Positions 39,301 through 51,756 of a stretch of 64,000 nt of DNA are shown here, one piece after another (the stretch's first letter is position 1; each line of letters begins with the position of its first letter). Source of the stretch: Eledone cirrhosa (taxonomy: Eukaryota); NCBI GenBank assembly GCA_964016885.1, contig OZ024740.1:14074001-14138000 (forward strand). The letters run 5' to 3'. Made by a program: the position numbers and the translations under genes. The notes beneath the pieces were generated by a model. That model made no database searches and had not been told where the DNA came from. It was given only the letters and a program-made list of their open reading frames with translations.

Positions 39301-41403
39301 CAATAGAGGACATTAGAGGACAATAGAGGACAATAGAGGACATTAGAGGACAGTAGAGGGAAGTAGAGGACAGTAGAGGGCAATAGAGGAAGTAGAGGAC
39401 AGTAGAGGGAAGTACAGGGAAGTAAGTAGAGGACAGTAGAGGACAGTAGAGGACAGTAGAGGACAGTAGAGGACAGTAGAGGACAGTAGAGGACAGGAGA
39501 GGGAAGTAGAGGACACTAGAGGAGAGTAGAGGGCAGTAGAGGGAAGTAGAGGAAGTACAGGACAGTAGAGGACAGTAGAGGAAGTACAGGGCAATAGAGG
39601 GAAGTAGAGGAAGTACAGGACAGTAGAGGGAACTAGTGGACAGTAGAGGACAGTAGAGGACAGTAGAGGGAAGTAGAGGACAGAAGAGGGAAGTATAGGA
39701 CAGTAGAGGACAGTAGAGGAAGTACAGGACAATAGAGGGAAGTAGAGGAAGTACAGGACAGTAGAGGGAACTAGTGGACAGTAGAGGACAGTAGAGGACA
39801 GTAGAGGGAAGTAGAGGACAGAAGAGGGAAGTATAGGACAGTAGAGGACAATAGAGGGAGTAGAGGACAGTAGACGTCAGTAGAGGGAAGTAGAGGGAAG
39901 TATAGGACTGTAGACGTCAGTAGAGGGAAGTAGAGGGAAGTATAGGACTGTAGACATCAGTAGAGGGAAGTAGAGGGAAGTAGAGGACTGTAGACGTCAG
40001 TAGAGGGAAGTAGAGGGAAGTATAGGACTGTAGACGTCAGTAGAAGACAGTAGAGGGAGGTACAGGGAAGTAAGTAGAGGTCAGTAGAGGGGAGTAGAGG
40101 ACATTAGAGGACAGTAGAAGACAGTAGAGGGAGGTACAGGTAAGTAAGTAGAGGTCAGTAGAGGGGAGTAGAGGACATTAGAGGACAGTAGAAGACAGTA
40201 GGGGGAAATAGCGGATGTAAAGGACAGTAGAGGACAGTAGAGGACATTAGAGGACAGTAGAGTACTGTAGAGGACAGTAGGGGACAGTAGAGGGAAGTAG
40301 AGGACAGTAGAGGACAGTATAGGGCAGTAATGGGCAGTAGAGGACAGTAAAGGGAAGTAGAGGACAGTAAAGGACAGTAGAGTGAGTAAAGGACAGTAGA
40401 GGACAGTAGAGGGAAGTAGAGGACAGTAGAGGACAGTATAGGGCAGTAATGGGCAGTAGAGGACAGTAAAGGGAAGTAGAGGACAGTAAAGGACAGTAAA
40501 GTGAGTAAAGGACAGTAGAGGACAGTAGAGGGAAGTAGAGGGAAGTAGAGGACAGTAGAAAAAGTAGAAGACAGTAGAGGAGAGTAGAGCGAAGTAGAGG
40601 ACAGTAGAGGAAGTAGAGGATAGTAGAGAGAAGTAGAGGACAGTAGAGGAAGTAGAGGATAGTAGAGAGAAGTAGAGGACAGTAGAGAGAAGTAGAGGAC
40701 ATTAGAGGGCAGTAGAGGACAGTAGAGGACAGTAGAGGGCAGTGAAGGACAGTAGAGAACAGTAGCGGGAAGTAGAGAACAGTAGAGGGCAGTAGAGGAC
40801 ATTAGAGGACAGTTGAGGACAGTAGAGGACAGTAGAGGAAGTAGAGGACAGTAGAGGGCAGTAGAAGACACTATAGTGCAGTAGAGGACAGTAGAGGAGA
40901 GGAGAGGAAGTAGAGGGGGTAGACGAAGTAGAGGAAAGTAGAAGACAGTAGAGGAAGTAGAGGACAGTAGAGGACAGTAGAAGATAGTAGAGTAAGTAGA
41001 GGACAATAGAGGAAAGTAGAGGATAGAAGAGGGAAGTAGAGGACATTAGTGGACATTAGAGGACAGTAGATTGCAGTAGATGACAGGAGATGGCAGTAAA
41101 GGGCAGTAGAGGACAGTAGAGGGAAGTGGAGGAGAGTAAACGTCAGTAGAGGACATTAGAGGAAGTAGAGGGATGTAGAGGACAGTAGAGGACAGTAGAG
41201 GACAGTAGAGGGAAGTAGAGAGAAGTAGACAACAGCAGAGGACAGTAGAGGGCAGTAGAGGACTCTAGAGGACATTAGAGGACATTAGAGGACAGTAGAG
41301 GACAGTAGAGGGAAGTAGAGGACTGTAGAGGACATTAGACGACACTAAAGGACAGTAGAGGACAGTAGAGGAAATTAGAGGACAGTTGAGGGCGGTAGAG
41401 GAA
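21307..41403 (+). repeat. 20-kb purine-rich 10-bp satellite (GGACAGTAGA)n with variants GGGAAGTAGA, GGGCAGTAGA and 9-mer GGAAGTAGA
   Basis: Directly visible; contains a ~5556-bp tandem duplication (~29349-34904 / ~34905-40470). Confidence 0.97.
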
Positions 41404-41829
41404 AGGACTATGAAATCCATAAATGAGAGGAAAAGGTGGGGAAAACAAGGACTCGAGGGCCACAGTAGAAATGGGTGGTAAGAGGAGAGGGTGAAAGTGA
41501 GGGAGAGTGTGAGGCGGTGTTGGCGCTGCCCCCCCATGGACAAGACAGCGAAAGCATTTTCTCTGACACCCGTTTCAGCGACACCCTCTGCAGCAGCCAC
41601 CCCACCTCACGGGGCTCCTTCTTCAGACGGGTTGCTGATATTCCGATCTTGTGGAGGACCTCGGCAGTACCCAGGGTCCGAGTACACCTGAAGTCTCAAC
41701 AGTGACCTGTAGGAAGAGGAAGCGGCCGGATAATCCCCGGTATATGTTTGTCTTTTGGGCTGCAGTACCGGGATTTGGAGGTGGAGAACATGTTACAACA
41801 TGTCCTGCCTGTCTGTCTGTCTCTCTGCA

Positions 41830-41874
<45 letters not shown>

Positions 41875-42015
41875 GCCTGTCTGCCTGCCTGTCTGCCTCC
41901 CTGCCTTGGGTAACTCCGTAGGGGTGCTTACCGTCCAAATTTTTTCTCCTTTTGCATTTTATCTACATCTCTCATTCTTTCCACGTGTTTCTCGCTTTAA
42001 CAACCTCCTCTCACT

Positions 42016-42382
42016 AACCCTACCTTGCCCACCACAACGATTTTTCTATCTCCCTCACTAGCTATACCTTCCTACCTCATCATTCCTTAAATTTCTCAAT
42101 TTTCCAATCATCCCATGCCCGCCTCTTGGCTTTAATGGCTCTATCCCCAGTGCTATTCCACCACCAGTTCATCTACATTATATATGCCTAGCTCATTAAC
42201 CCTCTCATCTACTGCATCCTGTAGGGCCTTCCTAAACCTATATTTAACTGTAAAGTCCTTTTGTTTCCAAACCCTCCATCTTCCTATTTTCCTGCGTATC
42301 TTATTCTGTCTTGCACTACCTTGCCCACCACAACGATTTTTCTCTCTCCCTCACTAGCTATACCTTCCTACCACATCATTTC
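42016..42382 (+). repeat. ~65-bp direct repeat pair
   Basis: CTACCTTGCCCACCACAACGATTTT...CTCCCTCACTAGCTATACCTTCCTACC at ~42020 and ~42316. Confidence 0.75.
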
Positions 42383-42649
42383 TCAATCCCTCACTATTTC
42401 TGTCATCATTAAACCTATCCCACTAACTATAAATCTAACCGTCTCTAACAGTCTGTGGCCGCGGCTTTAAGAAGATCTCGAAAAAGGTGTAGAGCAAAGA
42501 TTCTCTGCCTATATATATATATAGGGTAGGTGGAACTGGATGGGGCCATGTCACCCCCCCCCCCCCACACACACAATGATTGTATTTTTCTCCCCAAACT
42601 ACCAAAACACATCTATTTGTATATGCGCTACAATTTATGAACATGTTAT

Positions 42650-42976
42650 GTAGAGATAGATGGGAGAGATAGATATAGATATAGAGAGGGGAGAGTTTGG
42701 TGGTAATTGATATAGAGAAGGGGATTGGAAGAGAATGCCGTGTAGGAGATATAGAGAGGGTGAGAGTTTAGGGGTGATTGATATACAGAGGGGGATTAGG
42801 AGAGATAAGTGTAGATATCTATAGAGAGTATTAGTCTTAGATATAGAGAGTGGGATAAAAGAGGAAGGTGTCGTGGTAGATATAGAAAGGGGTATAATTT
42901 GGTTTTAGTAGATACAGAGAGGGGGATTAAAAGAGAGTTTTGTGAGATAGATATAGAGAGAGGGAGAGTTTGGTGG
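42650..42976 (+). repeat. Degenerate minisatellite built on GATATAGAGAG(G)n
   Basis: About 9 recurrences of GATA(T/C)AGAGAG followed by a G-rich segment, spaced ~30-40 bp. Confidence 0.6.
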
Positions 42977-42977
42977 C

Positions 42978-43310
42978 ACTCTCGGGTCCCAAATAATAGG
43001 GGGGGGGGGCAATAATGGGGTGGGGTGGGGAAATCAGTAATTGTTTACTGTACGTTCGTAAATATGGGATTTCTTGTAATGTTCTTCTTTTGTCATATAT
43101 AATGTTTTTTTTTAATGTAAAATAAATTTATTATTAGATTCTCCAACTGCTGTATCAAGATGAATCACTTACATTAAAATTTCTCCGGAGATAGATTAGC
43201 AAATAAGCGGGTGGGGTCGGGGTGGAATAAAACCCAAGTAATGCATGGGTGGAAAAAATCTGACAAATTAATAAGCTGGGGGTGGGGACGATTATTTAAG
43301 ACCTGAGAGT
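42978..43310. mobile_element. MITE with ~20-bp terminal inverted repeats
   Basis: ACTCTCGGGTCCCAAATAAT ... ATTATTTAAGACCTGAGAGT, followed internally by G-rich blocks. Confidence 0.6.
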
Positions 43311-43365
43311 ACGTGAATTATTGACGAACGTAAGTATGAAAACTCAATACCAAAGTAGAGTTTAG

Positions 43366-43512
43366 ATATTCATTTATTATGGCTAAGCCTTGTTACTCTG
43401 GAGTCTCACCTGCGTATTTACAGGATCACCAGACAAGACAGGTGATCCTGTAAGTACACATGTGAAACTTTAGAGTAACAAAGCTCACCAATAGCCATAA
43501 TAAATGAATGTA
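43366..43512. repeat. Imperfect ~145-bp palindrome
   Basis: ATTCATTTATTATGGCT...TTACAGGATCACC agacaagaca GGTGATCCTGTAA...AGCCATAATAAATGAAT. Confidence 0.75.
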
Positions 43513-43759
43513 TATATATATATACATATTTTTAAAAATATCATTTATTTTCACGAGCTCTGACAGTTGGCAGGTAAACAGTATACTGTACTGGGTAATC
43601 ACACAGAAACATTAGTGTCTGCGGTTCTGTTTACAACCCAATACAAGAGCAAGAATGAGGGCCTCATTCTACTGACATGGCTTTAAAGAGGCTGTTTGCA
43701 TAATTGCAAGCGAACGAATATTATTATTAATATTCGAAAAACTCAGATTACACACACAC

Positions 43760-43842
<83 letters not shown>

Positions 43843-44118
43843 AATAGTAGATGAATAAATTGGGTATATTATCAGTTTCTTACCAAATGCGAAGAAGTTC
43901 GATTAACCCCTTCGGAAAGGGCAGAGCGCACATTTAAAAAAATTACATATACACAGTGGCCGTGGAACTGGGGGGAGGGGCATGCCCACCTCCAATAATT
44001 ATAATTTCCCCCTAAACTACTAAAACACACATCTATTTAGCTATGTGCTACAATTTATGTTCATGTTATGTTTATCGCATATCGAAGTTTTCTGATCACT
44101 ACAACTAAATTTTCAAAA

Positions 44119-44490
44119 TTTCCGCCGAGGTTAACTTTGCCTTTCATCCTTGCAGGGTCGATAAAATAAAGTACCAGTAATGCTGTGGGGTCGACTTAAT
44201 CGACTTCTCCCTCCCCCAAATTGTTGTCCATGTGCTTAAATTAGAAACCATTATTACTTCGCCCAAATGCGCGGTGGATTGGCAGTATTGGTAGAGTGTC
44301 GGATAATATGCTTTGCAGCATAGAGTTACGGCTCTTTACGTTCTGATATCAGATCCCGTTGAGGTTAGCTTTACTTTTCATCTTTACTACATGAGCGATA
44401 AAATAAAGTACCAGTAATGCACTGAGGTCGATTTAATCGATTTTCCCATCCCACCAAATTGTTGGCCTTGTACCAAATGTAGACATTATT
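44119..44490 (+). mobile_element. Two tandem tRNA-derived SINE copies (5'-truncated 44119-44255; full 44270-44490)
   Basis: Same GCCTTTCATCCT...GTCGATAAAATAAAGTACCAG core as 11241-11428, with a longer 3' part (GGGGTCGACTTAATCGAC). Confidence 0.8.
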
Positions 44491-44752
44491 CTTCGTAGAA
44501 ATATGTCTTCTATTATTCACCATAAATCTCTGTAATCCAGCCGAGTTGTTGCAGAAGTATCGCTGTTGTATCGTCTGCTTTCTTCCAATGACGCCCGTCT
44601 CTCATATAAAGAAGACATTGTGTAGGTGTTGTTGTTGTTGTTGTTATGTTAGTGTTGGCAGCAGAGAGGAGAGGATACCAGTTTGGCTGGAAGAAGAGAT
44701 AACACTACATACACACACATATACAAACACAGACACATGCACACACACACAT

Positions 44753-44804
<52 letters not shown>

Positions 44805-45298
44805 TCACACATACACACATATATACAAACAAAGACACATGCACACACACACATACACACACATAGACACATACACACACAAACACACACACACACACAC
44901 ATGCATATATACACAGTTACCCTCAAACTCACATATCAGAACTGAATAAGGTGCTAAACACACTCTCTCTGTCTCCCTCAATCTTTTCTCTCTCTTACAC
45001 ACAAATACACACATACATGCACACACACACATACATATGCACACATACTTACATACACACACATACATACACACACATACATACACATACATATGCACGC
45101 ATACATACACAGACATACATATGCACATATACATACACACACATGCATATGCACACATACACACATACATACACACACACACATACATATGCACACGATG
45201 ACTCACATACTCACATACTCATATCAGAACTAAATAAGCTTCCAAACAGATACACCACCCAACACTCTTTCTCTCTCTCTCTCTCACTCACACACACG

Positions 45299-45397
<99 letters not shown>

Positions 45398-45404
45398 GTA
45401 ATAT

Positions 45405-45447
<43 letters not shown>

Positions 45448-45474
45448 GGGAGAGAGAGAGAGATAGAGAGGGAG

Positions 45475-45524
<50 letters not shown>

Positions 45525-45730
45525 TGGAAATAGCACGGAAAATATATTTTAGGGTCTGTTTTTTTTGTTTTTTTTTCCTTTCTTTGATTCGTCAAAGTGA
45601 CATTATTGAAAAAATGAGAGGGACAATTTAAAAAAGAGTTTTATAATGTATATAAAGTCTATATAATGTATAATGTATATAAACTATATAAAGTATATAA
45701 AGTATATAATGTATATAAAATATTAATTAT

Positions 45731-47148
45731 TACCGGTTTCGATGTATTATATATATTCATCTTATCAAATTTTGAGTATTACAATTAAAAAGAATTAATA
45801 AGAATTAAAAACTAAAAATTAAAGATTAAAATAAAAATTAAAATAAAAATTAAAGATTCGAAGCACTCGACAGATTTTCTTGAGTATAATATCAATGATG
45901 TTAATAAATGGAAACTATATTTATAAAACCATATTTATTCTATTATATATATTTCAAAGGTACCAAAACTTTGGTACGCATTCATCAGATAAAATACAAA
46001 ATTTATCATTTTCTTTAATCTTGCCCAACTGGATAAGCTCTTTGAATTGCTCTTTAATTAGATTACTTAAATTACTTAAATTACTTTATCTATTATACCT
46101 GTTGAAGCAGCCCTTTGAAAATTCCTCGGATCTCCCAAATCCCGTAATTTTTAACTTTTAATTTGTAATTTTCCTCAATTCATTTATATATATCTTTAAA
46201 GGCTCTCTAAAATTTTAATTCTTTGAAGGGTCTTTCGGAAGAGGTTCTTATTAAAAATATTAAAGGGGCCTTTTCTGAGGGATTTTTTGAAGGCTTTTTG
46301 AATTAACCTTTAATTGATTAATTTCTTTCAACTATTTATTTCTTAATTTTTAAAATTAAATTTAATGTTCAACCCCTTAATCGTTAATTTTTAATCATGG
46401 ATATATAAGATTGCTTAATCTTAAATTCATTAAATTTTTTAATTTCGGGGTTTGGAACTCTTAAAATTCAAATCCTAACTTAAATCTTAATATTTATATT
46501 ATGTACTCCCTAAATCATTAACTTTATTAACCTGTTAAATCTTATTGAAAGCTCTTTTCCCTAATTTTTAATTTCTGAGTTTAGAACTTTAGTAGGGATT
46601 ATCAAAACTTCGTAAATTTTCTGAAATTTTTTAACGAGATCTCTTAGAAAAAAATTTTTTTTCTTTTGAAGGAATTTTTTAGGAAACTTTATATTTTTTT
46701 AGGAAACTTTATATTTTTATTTAAAAAATTTTTTTTTTTTTTTTAGTCTCTTAATCTCTTCTGGTTTGTTAGGTTTATTGGGGCTTATAAGCTTTATGCA
46801 CTTATTGAGGGATTTTTTAAGGTGCTTCTACGAGATCCCAAGTCTTTTACTTTTAATGCGTAACTTATAAATTCTCTAATTTTTGACCTTCAATCCCTAA
46901 CTCTTAGGCCCTTTTCAAATTCTCTTAACTCCCTATAACCCATCCCTTTTACAACTCCTACAACTAATATAAAAGAGCCCCCTTAGAATATAGACCCAAA
47001 TATACAAGCGGAGCTGTTGATGTATACCACAATTTCAAACTGCTAATCTTGAGTGAAACGTTGATGTAAATAATGAACTTACAATCACCTGTTATATGCC
47101 TTGAAAAGTCCCACCATATGGTCGGACGAAACGGCTGTCGGCAATAAA
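45731..47148. mobile_element. Heavily decayed AT-rich PLE-like relic with outward-facing hammerhead remnants at both ends
   Basis: On -, 45731-45768: TTGATAA-GATG...CATC-GAA-ACCGGT-A. On +, 47098-47142: GCC-TTGAAAA-GTCC...GGAC-GAAA-CGGCTGT-C-GGC-AATAAA. The - strand near 45990 reads DKFCILSDE, reminiscent of NKFCNLCLLE. Confidence 0.45.
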
Positions 47149-47187
47149 CTTGTTATAATGTCATAATAGTTCCTTTGTTCTTTTTCA

Positions 47188-47268
<81 letters not shown>

Positions 47269-47498
47269 GAGTTATAAACTCAAATAGTCTTTTACAATTA
47301 AATAGTCCAAAGAAAGGAATATTTCCGAGCCGTGTAATACAAATGAATATATGATAGGAATAAACACTGATACAAGTATACATGTGTTCGCAATGCGAAC
47401 ACATGTATAATTGTATCAGTGTTTATCCCTATCATATGTTCATTTGTATATATATATGTATATATTGGAAAATGTGTGAGATCCTTGGTACAGTTAGG

Positions 47499-47655
47499 TA
47501 TATTTGAAAAAAAGGAAAAGAATGACTTCACTTGTAGTGTTAAAAAATGTTATGATTTAATGTTATAATATGATATTATAATATTATATTATAACATTAA
47601 ATCATAACATTTTTTAACACTACAAGTGAAGTCATTCTTTTCCTTTTTTTCAAAT

Positions 47656-47658
<3 letters not shown>
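47499..47658. repeat. Near-perfect 160-bp AT-rich palindrome with essentially no spacer
   Basis: TATATTTGAAAAAAAGGAAAAGAATGACTTCACTTGTAGTG... mirrored by ...CACTACAAGTGAAGTCATTCTTTTCCTTTTTTTCAAATATA. Confidence 0.9.
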
Positions 47659-47687
<29 letters not shown>

Positions 47688-48112
47688 TTCAAAGTAGGGA
47701 CCGCCTAAGACAAAGACAATGGAAAAAACAAGAGAAAGAAGAACAGTCCCATCTCCTCACTCAACCTCTGGAAATCACTGCGGTTTCGGTTTTTAAAGGT
47801 GGATACCATTCATTCCATTGCATATTGGGATGATTTGTAAGAGCCCACTTGGATAAGAATCCATTGATCTTACACAACTTTCTACATAACTTGGTATAAT
47901 TTCACCCACCATGTAGAAATCTTACAATGAAACGATTCGTTTGGGAAATGAGATCTTTAATATATCTCATATAAAATAATACAGCCAATTATCCACACAA
48001 TACAATATAGTTAGCACCCCAAACGTTTGGGAATATACTCCGATATTTCCTAATGTTTGTTGAGTGAGTTGGAAATTGGTCGGACTATCGCTATTAGCTT
48101 TCTTTGTTTATG

Positions 48113-48150
<38 letters not shown>

Positions 48151-48382
48151 AAGGTTAAACAAGGTTCAATTAATTAATCAATGAAAAAAGTTTTACAATA
48201 GATTAGAAGCACTCCACAGGAATGGTTTTCCGGAGTTATTAATATATATATATATAAAAAAAAAATGATAAGAATTGAAAGGAGCTGTGTGGTTCAATTT
48301 ACATATATATATATATTTCGCTTTTTCTACCCCCCGAAATGCGATTCTCGCTATTGCAAACTTGACTGTCACCACTGAATGT

Positions 48383-48419
48383 GAACCTGAAGATTGCGAA
48401 AGCATGAAAGTACTTGTTC
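48383..48419 (+). ncRNA. Minimal type I hammerhead ribozyme motif
   Basis: GAAC-CTGAAGA-t-TGC GAAA GCA-t-GAA-AGTACT-T-GTTC; identical core to 4177-4213 although the flanks have diverged. Confidence 0.75.
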
Positions 48420-48524
48420 AATTAACATTGAATATTCTACCATACTATTTCATTATAATATCATTATAATTTTAAAGGATTGTAAATAAAACGAGTTAAT
48501 CAGACAAAGTTGGAATTCATTTTA

Positions 48525-48589
<65 letters not shown>

Positions 48590-49112
48590 ATATATTAGCG
48601 GAGCCATAGAGTCTCGCTATTCCCTGTCAATAATGTGCTCAAAGGAGAAGAAATCTTGAGCTCTTTAAAATACAATATGTTGAAAAGGTAACACACTAGA
48701 GAGAGATACAGTGCGCTATCAATATTTCGCTTCTTATAACAGTCTTTCCTCTCTCTCTGTTTGGTTGAGCACACCTCTCTGAGTGATTTTGGGCTGCACT
48801 TTCTAGCAGCTCGTTCCTCAGAGGCCACTGGTTCACTGCCCTTAAACACGCTGTGACTTCTCTCTCCCACGTGTAGCTGGACGGTCGCTTTAAATTCTCT
48901 TAGTGTTGTCTGAAATGTATAGCCTTACACACGCTGATGAACCTGGGTTATTTCATTTCTGTCAGCAACTTACTGGCGAAACAGATCTCTTTGGATTTGT
49001 ACGTGTGTTATATAGTTATAGAGGTATGTATATACACATTAATTAATATTTTAATTATCGTGTATCTACTCTGCCTTTCATTGGTTATAGATTCCATACA
49101 CTGGTGGTTTTT

Positions 49113-49154
<42 letters not shown>

Positions 49155-49285
49155 ATACTTTGGGAGGGTCATGTTGCCAATAAGAAACACACGCACCAGT
49201 TGCTTCACTTCAATTTATTATAAATTAAATTTATAAATTTCCTGTGGGTTGGTTGGTTCCACAACCAGATGATTGTTCATATATT

Positions 49286-49328
49286 GTCAAAGTTCTTTCG
49301 TCACACATTCTGTGACCTCTTCAGTGAC
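49286..49328 (-). ncRNA. Hammerhead ribozyme motif (left arm)
   Basis: Reverse complement of 49548-49590. Confidence 0.75.
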
Positions 49329-49547
49329 TGGGGATTCTTTTCTTTGTTTTTGTGCCTCTCCTTTGTTCTGTCCTACGCCATCTTGTTTTTGTGTGTGTTG
49401 TGTGCTTAGTTTGCGCATGTGTTACATCCGGGTGTCTGTGTTACCCGGATGTAACACATGCGCAAACTAAGCACACAAAACACACAAAAACAAGATGGCG
49501 TAGGACAGAACAAAGGAGAGGCACAAAAACAAAGAAAAGAATCCCCA

Positions 49548-49590
49548 GTCACTGAAGAGGTCACAGAATGTGTGACGAAAGAACTTTGAC
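49548..49590 (+). ncRNA. Hammerhead ribozyme motif (right arm)
   Basis: GTCA-CTGAAGA-g-GTCACA gaatg TGTGAC-GAAA-GAACT-T-TGAC; stem I GTCA/TGAC. Confidence 0.75.
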
Positions 49591-50052
49591 AATATATGAA
49601 CAATCATCTGGTTGTGGAACCAACCAACCCACAGGAAATTTATAAATTTAATTTATAATAAATTGAAGTGAAGCAACTGGTGCGTGTGTTTCTTATTGGC
49701 AACACGACCCTCCCAAAGTATAACAATATCGGTTTCAACACACGTTTTCAAATAAAGAATCTTGCTAAACAAATTCAGAAACGAAATATATATATATATG
49801 GCTACTAATTGGTCTATTATATTTACCAAAACTATAGGTATGGGATTTAGGGATGATTTCCTAGCTATTTCTCTTTCTCTTTGACTCCTATCAGTGGTAT
49901 ATGGGTATGTGGAGTAGGGTCTAGGGGAAGTTGGGTGGGACTATGAAATGAGATATTAGGGGGGGGGCATTAGGTTAATACAAGGGCTACACTGTCGTCT
50001 GTGACTCAGTCGGCTGGTTAAGATATGGCATTGTACAGAGACACTTCTATAT

Positions 50053-50837
50053 TGGTGGTGGTGGTGGTTGTGATGGTGGTGGTTGTGGTGGTGGTGGTGT
50101 GGTGGTGATGATGGTGTTAGTGGTGGTGGTGGTTGTGGTGGTTGTGGTGGTTGAGGTGGTGGTGGTTGTGGTGGTGGTGGGTGGTGGGTGGTGGTGGTGG
50201 TGGTGGTGGTGGTGGTGGTGGTGGTGGTGGTGGTGGTGGTGGTGGTGGTGGTTGTGGTGGTGGTGGTGATGGTGGTGTGGTGGTGGTGTGGTGGTGGTGA
50301 GTGGTGGTGGTGGTGGTGGTTGTGGTGTGGTGGTGGTGATGGTGGTGATGGTGGTGTTAGTGGCGGTGGTGGTGGTTGTGGTGGTGGTGGGTGGTGGGTG
50401 GTGGTGGTGGTGGTTGTGGTGGTGGTGGTGGTGGTGGTGATGGTGGTGTGGTGGTGGTAGTGGTGGTGGTAGTGGTGGTAATGGTGGTGGTGGTTTTTGG
50501 TTATGGTGGTGGTGGTGTAGTGGTGGTGGTAGTGTTGATGGTAGTGGTGGTGGCGGTGGTGGTGGTAGTGGTAGTGGTGGTGGTGGCGGTGGTATTGGTG
50601 GTGGTAGTGGTGGTAATGGTAGTGGTGGTGGTAGTGGTGGTGGTGGTGGTTGGTGGTAGTGGTGGTGGTAGTGGTGTGGTGGTGGTGGTAGTGGTGGTGG
50701 TAGTGGTGGTGGTAGTAGTGGTAATGGTGGTAGTGGTGGTGGTAGTGATGTGGTAGTGGTGGTGGTGGTGGTAGTGGAATGGTGGTGGTAGTGGTGGTAG
50801 TGGTGGTGGTGGTAGTGGTGGTGGTAGTGGTGTGGTA

Positions 50838-50872
<35 letters not shown>

Positions 50873-51309
50873 GTGGTAGTGGTGGTAGTGGTGGTGGTGG
50901 TGGTAGTGGTGGTGGTAGTGGAGTGGTAGTGGTAGTGGTGGTGGTGGTGGTAGTGGAGTGGTGGTGGTAGTGGTGGTAGTGGTGGTGGTGGTGGTAGTGG
51001 TGGTGGTAGTGGAGTGGTAGTGGTAGTGGTGGTGGTGGTGGTATTGGTGGTTGTAGTGGTGGTAATGGTAGTGGTGGTGGTAGTGGTGATGGTAGTGGTG
51101 GTGGTAGTGGAGTGGTGGTGGTGGTGGTAGTGGTGGTGTTCGTGGTTGTGTTAGTGGAGTGGTAGTGGTGGTGGTAGTTGTGTGGTAGTGCTGGTGGTGG
51201 TGATGGTGGTAGTGGAGTGGTGGTGGTAGTGGTGGTAGTGGTGGTGGTGGTAGTGGTGGTGGTAGTGGTGGTAGTGGTGGTGGTAGTGGAATGGTGTTGG
51301 TGGTGGTAG
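50053..51309 (+). repeat. (GGT)n/(TAGTGG)n trinucleotide array
   Basis: Directly visible; source of the spurious poly-V/T/H/P ORFs. Confidence 0.95.
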
Positions 51310-51431
51310 AAAAGAACAAAGAATGTGAACATTACCTGCATGTGTGTGTGTGTGTGTGGTACTGGAAATGTGTGGTGTAGGCTACAGTGATGTAGGAATA
51401 TTTCATTATATGTGACTATGTAGCTAATTAG

Positions 51432-51756
51432 CTGCATTCCGTCGGTTGCGACGATGAGTAGTCCTCTTGATGCGATCAACAGAACAGTCTGCTCGTGAAA
51501 TTAACGGGCTAGTGGCTGAGCATTCCACAGATGTAGTTACCTTCAACGTAGTTCTCAGGAAGATTCAGTGTGACACAGAATGTGACATGGCTGTCCCTTC
51601 CAATTACAGGTACAACTAATTGTTGCCAGCTAAGTGGACTGGAACAACGTGAAATAAAGTGTCTTGCTCAAGGACACAACGCACCGCCTGAAATCGAACT
51701 CACAACTTTACGATTGTGTGGCGAATGCCCAAACCAGAAAGTCACGTGCCTTCACA
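51432..51756 (-). mobile_element. tRNA-derived SINE, near full length
   Basis: tRNA-like head on - (B-box GAGTTCGATTTC) followed by CCTTGAGCAAGACACTTTATTTCACGTTGTTCCAGTCCAC; homologous to 10068-10198. Confidence 0.75.

Larger units (their letters stand above)
49147..49729. mobile_element. ~580-bp near-perfect palindrome made of two head-to-head hammerhead-bearing terminal repeats
   Basis: ~287-bp arms around a 9-bp spacer at ~49438; flanked by (TA)n; the right arm has an extra ~55-bp tail. Confidence 0.9.

Noticed and set aside
21285-41056. Dozens of long minus-strand ORFs (SSTVLYCPLL repeats)
   Set aside because: By-products of a 10-mer satellite lacking stops on one strand; open in all three frames.
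21307-41403. CRISPR array or telomeric repeat interpretation
   Set aside because: No unique spacers, eukaryotic context, and the unit is not TTAGGG-like.
48934-48990. CTGATGA...GAAACAGATCTC as a hammerhead
   Set aside because: Stems I and II cannot be paired convincingly by eye; possibly a decayed copy.
49956-51479. 507-aa His/Thr/Pro-rich ORF resembling extensin or mucin
   Set aside because: Translation of a (GGT)n array; the composition changes with frame slips and there is no unique domain.
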